Assembly (NCBI GenBank): GCA_964270895.1
Contig: OZ185452.1
From: Podarcis filfolensis
Taxonomy: Eukaryota
Direction: 5' to 3' (one strand)
DNA: 64,000 nucleotides
In this document: piece by piece, positions 52,127-63,330 of the stretch
Position numbering within the stretch: position 1 is the stretch's first letter
Layout: the number at the start of each line of letters is the position of its first letter
Position numbers and translations under genes: made by a program
Notes under the pieces: generated by a model
Told to the model about the DNA's origin: nothing
Seen by the model: only the letters and a program-made list of their open reading frames with translations
Databases searched by the model: none

Positions 52127-52758
52127 TGTGGGATGTGATCCACGAAAGGCAGTCAAGTACAACATTCCTGGTAATGCTAGAGAAGACATGTGAGGGAATG
52201 TTTGGTCCAGCTAGTCGAAACTTCCTGTTCCTCCTGGCTGGAGCATCCTTCCTGTTGCATGTGGTAGAAGGTGGGTGTGACCTAACCTGTCCAGGTAACA
52301 AAAGAATGAGTCACGCAGCACACCTCTCTCTTTTTCACTTCCTTCTTTGTTTGACCAGCTTTTAGCTAGGACTGCTCTGCTAGCTCTCAGCTAGCAGAAA
52401 CACTGGGATTATCCCCCCATATGGGGTAGATCCACATGTACATATTTGTAACTAAGTCTGCCTTCAGGGATCCAACTGTGAACTGATGAGGAAACTTCTT
52501 TTATTGACTTTGAATGAGATTGTGGCATCTTTATTCTTTTAAGAGGGATTCAAGGGAATTTGCCAAGAACATACAATTCAATCTGAGGCAGATTGAATTG
52601 TATAATAGTGAGAGGCTTACACAAGCCTGCAACCAGCTATCTGCTGTGCATGTAAAGGGGGAATGTAAACTCTGCTAAGTAAATGAACTTGCTAGCGCAA
52701 GTTAGGAAGGATATTAATAAACAATATATCCTCTCCTGCCACCCTGAACATTCCCACA
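52127..52758 (+). mobile_element. Solo-LTR-like element, 632 bp (copy 2, uninterrupted)
   Basis: TGTGGGATGT...ACATTCCCACA termini; 5-bp TSD atagt/acagt; TATAAT at 52601 and AATAAA at 52716; inverted homology to 42150-43091. Confidence 0.75.
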
Positions 52759-53171
52759 ACAGTTCCTTCTATGCAACTTCACGGGGGCCACATGGGATTC
52801 ATGGGTGGGGCCAGAGCAAAAGTGGATGGAGCAATGCATGTAGATCTTACCTTATTATAAGTAGGTTAATTTCAACATACCCTCAGACAACCCTCTCTAT
52901 CCTCCTTCCATCCAGGCAATCTAGAAGCACCATCAGGGTTCAAGGATGCATTCCAGCCAAGCAAAAAGCATTCAGGAGTGTGGGGTTTGCAGCCAAATCA
53001 CAAATGCATGCTTTGCTAGTACAGTATAAGGGGAATTCTTAAACTTACTAGAAAGGACTCTCTGTGTGCGGCCACTTCCTTTGCCTCCTCTGAGCAGGAA
53101 TGATAGTGCTTTAAACACCCATGGCTTCCCCCAAAGAATCCTGGGAGTTGTAGTTTGCTAAGGGTGCTGAG

Positions 53172-53558
53172 CATGGGCGTAACCAGGATTTATGTGGGGG
53201 TGGGAAAGGCTTTATGTTAGGGGGGCAGAACCTCAGTTAGTTAAGAATTTTGTTGATTTCCAGTGGTACCTCGGGTTAAGAACTTAATTTGTTCTGGAGG
53301 TCCATTCTTAACCTGAAACTGTTCTTAACCTGAGGCACCATTTTAGCTAATGGGGCCTCCTGCCGCTGCTGCACCGACGGAGCATGATTTCTGTTCTCAT
53401 CCTGAAACAAAGTTCTTAACCCGAGGTACCATTTCTGGGTTAGCGGAGTCTGTAACCTGAAGTGTCTGTAACCTGAAGCATCTGTAACCCGAGGTACCGC
53501 TATACTTGATTTAGGGGGGCAATTGCCCCTCTACCCCACCCCCTTGGCTACGCCCATG
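53172..53558. mobile_element. hAT-type non-autonomous element
   Basis: TIRs catgggcgtaacca / tggctacgcccatg; perfect 8-bp TSD gtgctgag (53164-53171, 53559-53566). Confidence 0.85.
53261..53502. mobile_element. Tc1/mariner MITE nested in a hAT element
   Basis: TIRs cagtggtacctc / gaggtaccgcta (degenerate); homologous to 26437-26662. Confidence 0.88.
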
Positions 53559-54589
53559 GTGCTGAGAGACTCCTATCCCCCCTCACAGAGTTATAATTCT
53601 CAGAGTGGTTTAATAATCTATCCCTCTTCCCAGAAGTGCCAACCTGAATAAAATATGGGGGGGGGAAGGTAAGCCCTGCCCTGCATAATTGATCACATGA
53701 CATGATGTACGCACACCATTTGAATGGCAATGCCCATCAACTTTGGAGTGGCCCGGCCCCCTCAAATATTTTAAAGGGGGGATGAAAAACTCTTGGCCCC
53801 TAGGAGTTGACTCCTGTGCCTCTTACCATGGGATTCTGGGAATTGTCGTTCTGTGAGGGGGATTAAGGGCATCCAGGCAACTCCTAGCACCCTTAATAAA
53901 CTACAGCTCCCAGAATTCTTTGAGGGGGAGGCATGACTGTTTAAAGTGCTATCATAAGGCTAACATGAATATGGTCTTAGGGGTCTTTGAGCATTCAGTA
54001 ATAAAATTTTATTTCTCCTTGCGGGGAGGGAGGTAGCGCCCCGCCCCGCCCCCCACAGCACACACACGCTGCGTACTGCTTTCAGATAACGCCCCAGCTG
54101 GTGAGAAAGGCGGGTTGGAAGGGAATAATTAATCTCCAGCGAAATCCATCGCGAGGAAAAACATTACTTAAGTGATAGTGACAGGCTGGGGGGGGGCGAG
54201 AGAAAGAACACCCCCCCCCGGCCGCCTCCATCCAAACGAGCAGCTTTGGATGATGTCAAACACAAGTGGGGCTTTCTTTCATCGCGGGATGCAAAGAGAG
54301 AATTTCACAAGAGAATTAAGAAGGGGGCACCACCAAACTCCCACCCCCCCACCCTCCGCTGCCTCTCTTTGAAGGCTATCCAAAGAGAATATTAATAGCG
54401 ATATGAAGGTGCAAGTGTAAAGATAATACACCGAGGGGTATTTGTGTGGTGGGGGGGGAGAGATTACTCTCACAAAAGAGGCCCACCATCTCTGTTATGA
54501 TTTTCCCACCGTAGTCCTCACCATCACCTAAAATAATGCTATTAATACCACTATTATTATTACACGTAAAATACTGCTACTAATAAGAA

Positions 54590-54897
54590 GAAAAGAAGAG
54601 GCTGCTGGATCAGGCCGATGGCCCATTTAGTCCAGCATCCTGTTCTCACAGTGGCCAACCAGATGACCTCAGGCAAGACCCAAGCACAAAAGCGCTCTTC
54701 CCCTCCTGTGGTTTCCAGCAACTGGTTTTCAGAAGCAGATCATAGCCCTTATGGCTAGTCATCACCGATGGACTTCTCCATGAATTTGCCCAACCCTCTT
54801 TTAAAGCCATCCAAGTTGGTGGCCACCACTGCCTCCTGTGGCAGAGAGTTCCACAGGCTGTGCGAAGAAGTCGTTTCTTTTATCTGTCCTGAATCTA
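54590..54897 (-). mobile_element. CR1 LINE 3' end including 3' UTR
   Basis: Minus strand gives ...LWNSLPQEAVVATNLDGFKRGLGKFME, followed by a CR1-type 3' UTR. Confidence 0.8.
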
Positions 54898-56429
54898 CCT
54901 TACACTGTATAAATACTACCTTATTTTTGTACCTTTGAATTGTTTTTAAGATGTTATCCATATCGCGTAAACACACTGGGTTTAAATATTCACGTTGTGT
55001 TTTTAATTGTTGTAACCCACCGTAGGGGACCCGAGTGTGAAGGGCTGGTAATAAATTGGGGGGGGGGGAGAGAGAATACGAAGAAGCAAAACAACAGGGC
55101 GCATTATTCTATGGCATGAACGAATGGACTTGCATAGGTTTGGTTTGGGAGGTGATGCGCGCCCCTGCAAGCAGCAACGCGAGGCGGAAAGCGGAATCCA
55201 TTCATTAAAAGAGCCGGGACTTTCCCCCGAGCCTTCATTTAAATAGGGCGTGCGGAGGAGAACTTCTCGGAGAACTGAGCCGGGTCAGGGAGGTGGGGGG
55301 CGGGTTGGGGAGGGGGAAGAGGACGCTTGCCAGGATCAAGTTGCAATTTAATAGCCTACACAGGATAACCTTTTTTTACGCCAGCCCCCCTTTCCCACTA
55401 CAAAACCAGCCACTGCCCCACATTTCCCTCCACACACGTAATCCCGAAGTTCTGGTCGTGTACGAGGGCATTCAAGTATTTATGGCTTCATAAAATCATA
55501 CAACAATCCCCCCAGGCCGTATTATTTTCCTTTCAAAAAAAAAAAAATATCCATAGAACAAGTTCTGCTTTCAATCTGGGTACAAAAAAAAGAGAAGGGT
55601 TTTGTCCGTCTAATATTTTGTGCGCTCGCGCTCAAGAATGCAGGGGTCAGGGAGGAGGTTATAGGGAATTTGGGGGATACTTTCCCCTCCATACATGCAC
55701 TGGGAATTTTTGACATAAATAATGTAGCTATTCTTCCTCGCCAGCGGCCCCCTTCTAAGGGAAAAGAAAAGAAAAATCTTACACGGGTGAATGTCCTTCT
55801 GCTAGACTTGAATGGGCTGTGCGTATTATGCATTAATTAATCAATCAATTAATAGAACCCGTTACCCTATATAGGTTCTATAGGGTAGGGTAGCCGTTTT
55901 GGAGGATGTTCCGCAAAATATGCTGTCTAAAGATGTCCTGCATATCCTTCGGCTCTTCGGCACTGTCCTCCGACAACAAAAGAAAGTAACAATCCACGCT
56001 CACTTATGCACTTTTAAATCTGTGGCTTAAATGTCCCCTTACCCAGGCCGGAGCGCCACTGAAGGACTTGCTATTTTCCAGGAGAAAGACGGTCATTCCA
56101 GTCTGAGGCGGTCACATTCATGCTTGCTTGACATTTCCACTAGATTGTCTCTTAAGAATGTTTCACTTTAGCTATGGGCTATCCATCATTTAAAGCATGT
56201 CCAATGCACTTTTAAAACGCATGGCTTCTCTTCCCCCAAAAACCATTCTGGGAACTGTAGTTCCCCCACAGAGCTACAATTCCCAAAGTCCCAGGATTCT
56301 TGGGCGGAAGCTACTTCTGAGCCTTAACTGTGTGCCTGATCGATAATGATTGGAAGCTTCTCGCGACCAGGAGGAGCTATAGACGCCGACGGTGTTGAAT
56401 GATAATATGAATACAGTAGTAATAACGGG

Positions 56430-56772
56430 TGACGCTGTGGGTTAAACCACAGAGCCTAGGACTTGCCGATCAGAAGGTCTGCGGTTCGAATCCCCGCGAC
56501 GGGGTGAGCTCCCGTTGCTCGGTCCCTGCTCCTGCCAACCTCGCAGTTCCAAAGCACGTCAGAGTGCAAGTAGATAAATAGGTAGCGCTCAGGCGGGAAG
56601 GTAAATGGCGTTTCCGTGAGCTGCTCTGGTTTGCCAGAAGCGGCTTATCATGCTGTCCACATGACCCTGAAGCTGTACGCCGGCTCCCTCGGCCAATAAA
56701 GCGAGATGAGCACCGCAACCCCAGAGTCGGTTCCGACTGGACCTAATGGTCAGGGGTCCCTTTACCTTTACC
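56430..56772 (+). mobile_element. Sauria SINE, subfamily A
   Basis: TSD taataacggg at 56420-56429 and 56773-56782; ACCTTT tail. Confidence 0.92.
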
Positions 56773-59084
56773 TAATAACGGGCAATGATAAAAAGAGCCG
56801 CTGAAATAAAGCTGGATGAATCGAGCCCGCATAATGAGCGAGATGAACATTTATTGGAGGAAATCCCTGGGCCAGATATGGTCGTGGTTTTCCCCCATGT
56901 GCCTTTCTCAGCTCCCTGAAAAGGAGTTTAATTTCTAGGGACTCAAAAACCCGTTCGCCTTAACGGACAAAAGTGGTCATTTCAAACAGAAAATTAAGAT
57001 TTTATCACTACAGGTGATACATACGAGATACACACACACGTACGCGCAGGAGGTTGCTACAGGGGTGATTTACGTGCAAGAGGTGCTTACGTGAAAGGAC
57101 AGGGAGAATTGGGGTGCAGGTGAAAACAGGGGAGCAAAACAGGGTTGCAGACCACAAGAGAGAAGTAGTTTCAGAAACAGTGTTGGGAAGGTGAAAAGCG
57201 AGCTTAGTAGTTGCATGGGGTGGGAGGGGGGAACTCTAGGGGGTTAATGTGGGGGAGTGGCAGGGGGTTGGGGAGCAGAATAGCAGGGGTGCAACCGCTA
57301 CTAGTGCGCGCGCGCATATACACACAGACACACGGAAACTTGCAGAATTTGCAAAGGTCAAACCGAACCAATGGTAAATAAAATATCTTTCTGCCCTGCA
57401 CATTAATGGCACGCAGAACATCTTGGCACACACAGTTCGATTGTCAGAGTTCTTCAGCTCAGCTGGGTTTACTGAACAGTATCACCCAGCTAATTCAGAG
57501 CTCTCTACCCACCACCCTTTGCAAATTTAGTCTTGCATCTGAGTCATACGCATAAAGCTAACAGGACCATTAAAAAAAGAAAAGAAAGACTCGACATAAT
57601 TCCCCCACCTCCCAAAAACACAGCCCTCAACTACGTAAGCTACTATAATGGGCATTCCCTCCCTAATACCTATCGCAGATAATATGGGGGGGGGCTTAAA
57701 GAACAACTACGTAAATCAATAAATCTACTAAATCAACACGCGCTACAAAAGTTGGCCTCCGCATCTGGAAACTCGGGACGATTTATATGATCTCTGTCTT
57801 TTAATATCAGCTACAGGAATTGTTCCAAATGCGCTTAAGCAAATCGCAGAGAGGATGGAAAAATGAATTACACGATTCTGTCGTCGTCATTTTGCACAGC
57901 GCCTGAAAGTCAGGGTGGATAGAACGTTCCTACTTTCGGGACGCAAAATCCTGCGCACGTTTACTCGGAAGTAAAGCCCATTGCGCCCGTTGGAGCGCAC
58001 TCTCATAGGATCACAGGCTCAGCAATGTTTGGACGCTGTATACCTGGTCTACGTGCCTGGATTGTTATAGAATGGGTGATTAGGAATTTTTAGCTCTCCC
58101 TAGCCTTTTAGGACGCCCCCCAGATTTCAGGAAAGGGGTGCTAAGAAGGCAGCCTTTGACATGAACCGCAGGGAAACGAAATATGAAAATATGAAATAAG
58201 TAATGAATAACAAAATAGAGGGGATGTGAAACAGCAACGCAATTCTACGCACTTCTACTCGGGAGTAAGTTCCTCTGAGTTCAGTGGGCTTCCCCGCTAT
58301 CCAGAGACACAAGTTTGTAAGCTGGTGGCGTCCTTTCCTTCTAGGTACAGGGAAAATAATTATTATTATCATTATCTACTACTATTTTAATTATTACCCG
58401 CCGTTCAGCAGCAGGTCCCAAGAGAGGATACGACAATTTAAAAAAATCAATTAAAAACGGTTAAAAGATGACATTCACAAGAATAGGAGTAGGTCCTGAA
58501 AACGCATATCTCAGGTACCAAAGACCAGGGTAAAAATGCCAGTCTCATCTGAGCAGTTCCACTGGGTTCCATGTGGGACTCATATTCAAGTAATGGTGCT
58601 TAGAAGGGTCGAAACCCTGGATTGCCCCAGCCCCCAAATTATGCTTTAACCAGACGAATTATCTGTATAACCCGGTGACATTCTTTGCTGACCCGACGTT
58701 CAACGTCCAGAAAAATCCTTTCCGGCGAGCAGCTCTTGGGCATAGCTGTCAACTTTTCCCTTTTTCCCTTAAAAAAAGGGAAACGTTGACAGCTATGCGC
58801 CTTGGGAGAATGTCTTTGGAGAGGTTTCAGCCGGGCGGTCTTGTTCTTCTGTTTCCCAAATTTGCAAAATTAACGCAGATGGGGGCTGTTGAGTGAAAGC
58901 GGAAGAACAAAGCCGGCTCTTCTCTCGGATCTCACCCGTTGCAAATTGCTAAGCAAACAAGCCCCCATCCAAAAGTTTTCTTTAAAAAGACGCCATCCTA
59001 AGCACGCTTGGAAATAAGCCTGGCTGCATTCAGCGACGCTTCCTGCCAAGTAAGCCTCTATAATATTGTAGAGTTGGAACTTGG

Positions 59085-59585
59085 GGAAATTTCAGAGAAG
59101 GGCAACCAACATGGTCAAGGGAATGGAGCGACTTCCCTATGGGGAAAGGTTGCAGCGTTTTGGGACTTGTTAGTTTAGAGCAGTGTTTTCCAAACTTGGG
59201 GCTCCAGCTGTTTGTTTGTTTTTTTGGACTACAACTCCCATCATCCCTAGCTAGCAGGAGCAGTAGTGAGGGATGATGGGAATTGTAGTTGGAGACCCAA
59301 GTTTGGGGAACACTGGCTTAGAGCAAAGGCAAGTAAGAGGCTACGTGATAGAAGTTTATATGGTGATGCACGGCATGGAGAAAGTGGATAGAGAAAAAGT
59401 TCTTCTCCCTCTGTCATAACACTAGAACTCGTGGACATCCGCTGCAGCTGAATCTTGGAAGATTCAAGACAGAGGAAAGAAAGGACTTCTTCACGCAGTG
59501 AAACAATGGGACTCGTTCCTGATGGCCACCAACTTGGATGTCCTTAAAAGATGATTAGACAAATCCATGGAGGAGAGGGCTTCCC
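59085..59585 (+). mobile_element. CR1 LINE 3' fragment interrupted by a hAT MITE
   Basis: Same CR1 motifs (cagagaagggcaacc, gagaaagtggatagagaaaaagttc, aacactagaactcgtggacatcc). Confidence 0.85.
59181..59315. mobile_element. hAT MITE inside CR1
   Basis: TIRs cagtgttttccaaacttggg / cccaagtttggggaacactg; 8-bp TSD gtttagag/gcttagag. Confidence 0.88.
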
Positions 59586-60229
59586 ATGGCTATGAGCCAC
59601 AATGGCTATGCTCTGTCTCCAACCAATTGCTTCTGAGTGCCAATTGCTGATATTTCCTGCCACCTTGAACATTCCCACAGGTTTGGTGGAAAAACACACA
59701 ATTATCATCTCATGCTTCCTGGTGTATCTTCCCATCACTGTCCTTCTCACGAAAATTCCATGTGGGGGGCAGGAAGAGTGAGTTTGTTGTACTCGACTCC
59801 AGAGCACCAAATCCACTTTGATTGTACAACCTGATCACTGTTCTTATTTTGTGTGCACAGAAACATCAAACAGATCTCTGACTCTTTGTGGCCTTTTGTC
59901 CTCAATGTTTACAATCCTGGTCCGCATTCCAACCTGTCCTTGTGTGTCTCTGTGTGGTATTAGCCAACTGAAGGTAACATTTCATTTGACAACACAGACA
60001 CCATTTGAATGGTGGCACATTACCATTTGAATGGCAAGGCCCACCAACCTTTGGGCGTACAGCCCCCTCAAATATTTTATTTGGGGGAGGGGAGACAAAG
60101 GGACCTTGGCCCCTAGGAGTTGGCTCCTATGGGAAGCTGCCTTATATTAAGTCAGACCACCAGTCCATCTAACTCAGTACAGTGGTATCTTGGTTTACAA
60201 CCATAATCCGTTCCAGAGATCCAGTTGTA

Positions 60230-61251
60230 TTTTTTTTAAAATAATTTTTATTAACTGGCCAATCACATCAAATTAAATCACATCACATAAATTCCAAATT
60301 ACAAAGCCAAATTTTTAAATTTTGTTGGGGGAACCCATACTTCAAGATCCAAAGGGGGATTCAGATCATCTTCTTATTACTGTGTTAATGTCCAAATCAG
60401 TCCCAATCAGTCCAAACAAAATTCATAATTCTATCCAGTCTTATCTTGGTGTTTCCACATCATATCTTGTTCATATAATTTCTATTTTTCCTTTACGATC
60501 TCTTCTGTTAGTCTCCTTAAGCCGATAAGCAAAATAATGATCCTGTGTGGATTTCCCATTCCTCCACTAAGTCCAGATGGTTTCCATATATCTCCTTCAT
60601 AGATAACATCGCTCTTTCCATCGTAAATTTGGCATTTGTCGCTCTTAAGTCCCACCGAGAAGTTGATCCACGATATGTAAACAACTCTATTTCTCTCTTT
60701 CTCCTCCCAGACCCAAGAGCTCCAACAATGCCTCCCAAAATGGCGACAGCATTTTTAACTGCGTCATTCCAAAACTCTTAGCTTTCCAGCTTCATCTTGA
60801 AACATTGCTTTGGTTCGAAAGTTTATCTCCACACAGCCTTAAATCCACAGCTTAAGTCCTTAGTTTCTGACTCATTAGGGGAGGGGATTCTTGTTAAATC
60901 ACATAAGAAAAAGGAAGGCAGGTTTTTCCCCCCCTCCCCCCTCAGTCATACCGTATCTTGACGTATCTTCTCATATTTTATTCTTGTCTTGTTATCAGAG
61001 ATCTCTTCTGTCAGCAGTCTTTATTCCCCTTTTTCTGGGGAAGCATGTGCAATTTATCTCGTCCAAATTGTTTCTTTTGAAGATGCTTGCAACTAGCGGC
61101 GCGAATCAGGGACGGCGTCCAGGAGTGCCGGAATCCCACAGGAGGGCTTTGTGCCTAGTGCCCCCACCCCCACAAATTCGGGGGTGGTATAGGGCACAGC
61201 AGGCAAGGGCCGTCCCCCCCACAATCCTGGGGGGGTTAAGGAGGCTAATTA
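60230..61251 (-). mobile_element. Unclassified ~1.0-kb retroposed element (poly(A) tail, 16-bp TSD)
   Basis: Perfect TSD cagagatccagttgta at 60214-60229 and 61252-61267; minus-strand AATAAA followed by a poly(A) tail at the left end; GC-rich structured 5' end. Confidence 0.85.
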
Positions 61252-61351
61252 CAGAGATCCAGTTGTAAACCAAAACAGGTTGTAACCCAAGGTGCGCTTT
61301 CACCAATGGGGCCTCCCCCCCAAAATGGGTTGTAATCCAAAAAAAAATGGG

Positions 61352-61719
61352 TTGAATTATGGTGCTGGAGGAGACTCTTGTGAGTCCCATGGACTGCAAG
61401 AAGATCAAACCTATCCATTCTTAAGGGAATCAGCCCTGAGTGCTCACTGGAAGGACAGATCCTGAAGCTGAGGCTCCAATACTTTGGCCACCTCATGAGA
61501 AGAGAAGACTCCCTGGAAAAGACCCTGATGTTGGGAAAGATGGAGGGCACAAGGAGAAGGGGACGACAGAGGACGAGATGGTGGGACACTGTTCTTGAAA
61601 CTACCAGCATGAGTTTGACCAAGCTGCGGGAGGCAGTGGAAGACAGGAGTGCCTGGCATGCTCTGGTCCATGGGGTCACGAAGAGTCGGACACGTCTAAA
61701 GGAGTAAACAACAACAACA
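61352..61719 (+). mobile_element. Bov-B LINE 3' fragment nested in a mariner MITE
   Basis: MRREDSLEKTLMLGKMEGTRRRGRQRTRW frame and (AAC)n tail; similar to 39429-39916. Confidence 0.93.
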
Positions 61720-62619
61720 CTCCAAAAAAAAGGACACGCACTTCCGGTTTGACGTGGTTGTAATCCAAAACGGTTGCAAACCAAGGTACCACTGTATTGC
61801 CTACACTGACTGGCAGCTGCTCTCCAGGGTCTCAGGCAGGGCACCTTTCCCAGCCCTACCTGGAGATGCCAGGGGTTTAATCTGGGGCCTTCTGCAAGCA
61901 AAGCAGATGTTCCACCCTTGAGCAATGGTCCTTTCCCAGAAGCTCCTTCATCAGGGCACGCTGCCGCACACTGAGCCCTCCTTCTCGCACCGCTGGAATC
62001 TGAGACAGCTACCCTTCTGGATCTTGATAGAAAAACCACATTGCTCTGCATACGTCTTGCACACACACCATTCATGCCTGAGAATCACAAGCCTCCCATT
62101 AATATCCTGGCGCTTCTGGAATTCCAATTGAAGATATTTTATACGCCGCAGGTTTCAGGGGAGGCTTTTATCTCTTCTCATTGTTGGGGTGGGAGGAGGA
62201 ATGAAAGGAAAATGAAAATGAAATAAGAAACAGCCCTCTTCTCAGAATGCCCCTGGACACCGTCACGGGCTCCCCACCAACAAGGCCCACTTGTGTGGAA
62301 AAAAAATCTGACTGTGTTTCCCAACCCGTTTCCCCCACCCAGCCCCAGCCTACAAAACTTAGGATGACTTATTGGGTAGGAAGGGGAAGCTGAGCTGTCC
62401 TCAATGAAAGGGTTGCACAGGCAAGGCCATTCATAATATCCTTGCTCTCCATTTGGGGAGGGTGTGGAAGGGGGGAAGTCTCCAAATGAGACATTTGCCT
62501 CTCTCCAAATAGGAACACCTGCTATAGATTACCCGCCCCACCACATCACAACGAAAGCATTTTTTAATGCAAATATGAGAAAATATATACGTCTTTCCCC
62601 CTTTTGGAAGGCCATATTT

Positions 62620-62661
<42 letters not shown>
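62620..62661. repeat. (GTT)n microsatellite
   Basis: Direct reading. Confidence 0.95.
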
Positions 62662-62669
62662 ATTTTGTA

Positions 62670-63058
62670 GGGACTTGGGTGGTGCTGTGGTCTAAACCAC
62701 AGGGCCTCTTGGGCTTGCCGATCAGAAGGTCGGTGGTTCGGATCCCCACAACGGAGTGAGCTCCCGTTGCTCTGTCCCAGCTCCTGCCAACCTAGCATTT
62801 TGAAAGCATGCCAGTGCAAGTAGATAAATAGGTACCGCTGTGGCAGGAAGGTAAACAGTGTTTCTGTGCACTCTGGTTTCTGTCACGGTGTCCCATTGCT
62901 CCAGAAGCAGTTTAGTCATGCTGGCCGCATGACCCAGACAGCTGTCTGTGGACAAATACTGGCTCCCTCGGCCTAAAAGCAAGATGAGCACTGCAACCCC
63001 ATAGTCGCCTTTGACTGGACTTAACCATCCAGGGGTCCTTTACCTTTACCTTTTTACC
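62670..63058 (+). mobile_element. Sauria SINE, longer subfamily C
   Basis: Same head and tail, with an extra internal segment (tgtcacggtgtcccattgctcc). Confidence 0.88.
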
Positions 63059-63330
63059 TATTATTATTATTATTAGCCTGTCATTCACCCTAAGGTCCCA
63101 GAACACTTTACAGCACATTAAAACACAATATCAAAAGCATGTTAAAGAAACCTGGAAACGTAAAAATAAGGTTGCTCCCAAAAACATGCACCTCAAGCGT
63201 CAAAAGCCAAGGTAAAGAGGTGTGTCTTCAGCCTCCTCTGGAAGCTCTATAATGAAAGTACCAGATGCACCTCTGTAGGGAGGTAATTCCACAGCTTAGG
63301 GGCCACCACAGAGAAGGCCCTTTCCTGGGC
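63059..63330 (-). mobile_element. L2 3' end, older subfamily
   Basis: Minus strand reads gggccttctctgtggtggccc...tgtggaattacctccc, with an ATT-type tail. Confidence 0.65.

Larger units (their letters stand above)
60180..61794. mobile_element. Tc1/mariner MITE carrying two nested retro-insertions
   Basis: TIRs cagtggtatcttggttt / aaaccaaggtaccactg; TA at 60178-60179 and 61795-61796. Confidence 0.88.
60131..61930 (-). mobile_element. Squam3-like SINE split by the mariner MITE (pieces 60131-60179 and 61795-61930)
   Basis: Rejoining at the TA gives ggaagctgccttatattaagtcagaccaccagtccatctaactcagta|ttgcctacactgactggcagc..., a continuous SINE. Confidence 0.8.

Noticed and set aside
42150-52758. 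One large 10.6-kb transposon with ~600-bp TIRs
   Set aside because: Each copy has its own, different 5-bp TSD, so they are independent insertions in opposite orientation.
60517-60738. Retroviral env fragment suggested by an RRKR motif
   Set aside because: 73 codons only, the hydrophobic stretch precedes rather than follows the motif, and there are no other env features.
61080-61251. HDV-like ribozyme at the 5' end of the 1-kb insert
   Set aside because: A P1-like helix exists, but I could not find the L3 consensus or the GG needed for P1.1 after the 3' strand of P1.
61245-62075. 276-aa minus-strand ORF
   Set aside because: Antisense reading of Bov-B, MITE and SINE sequence.
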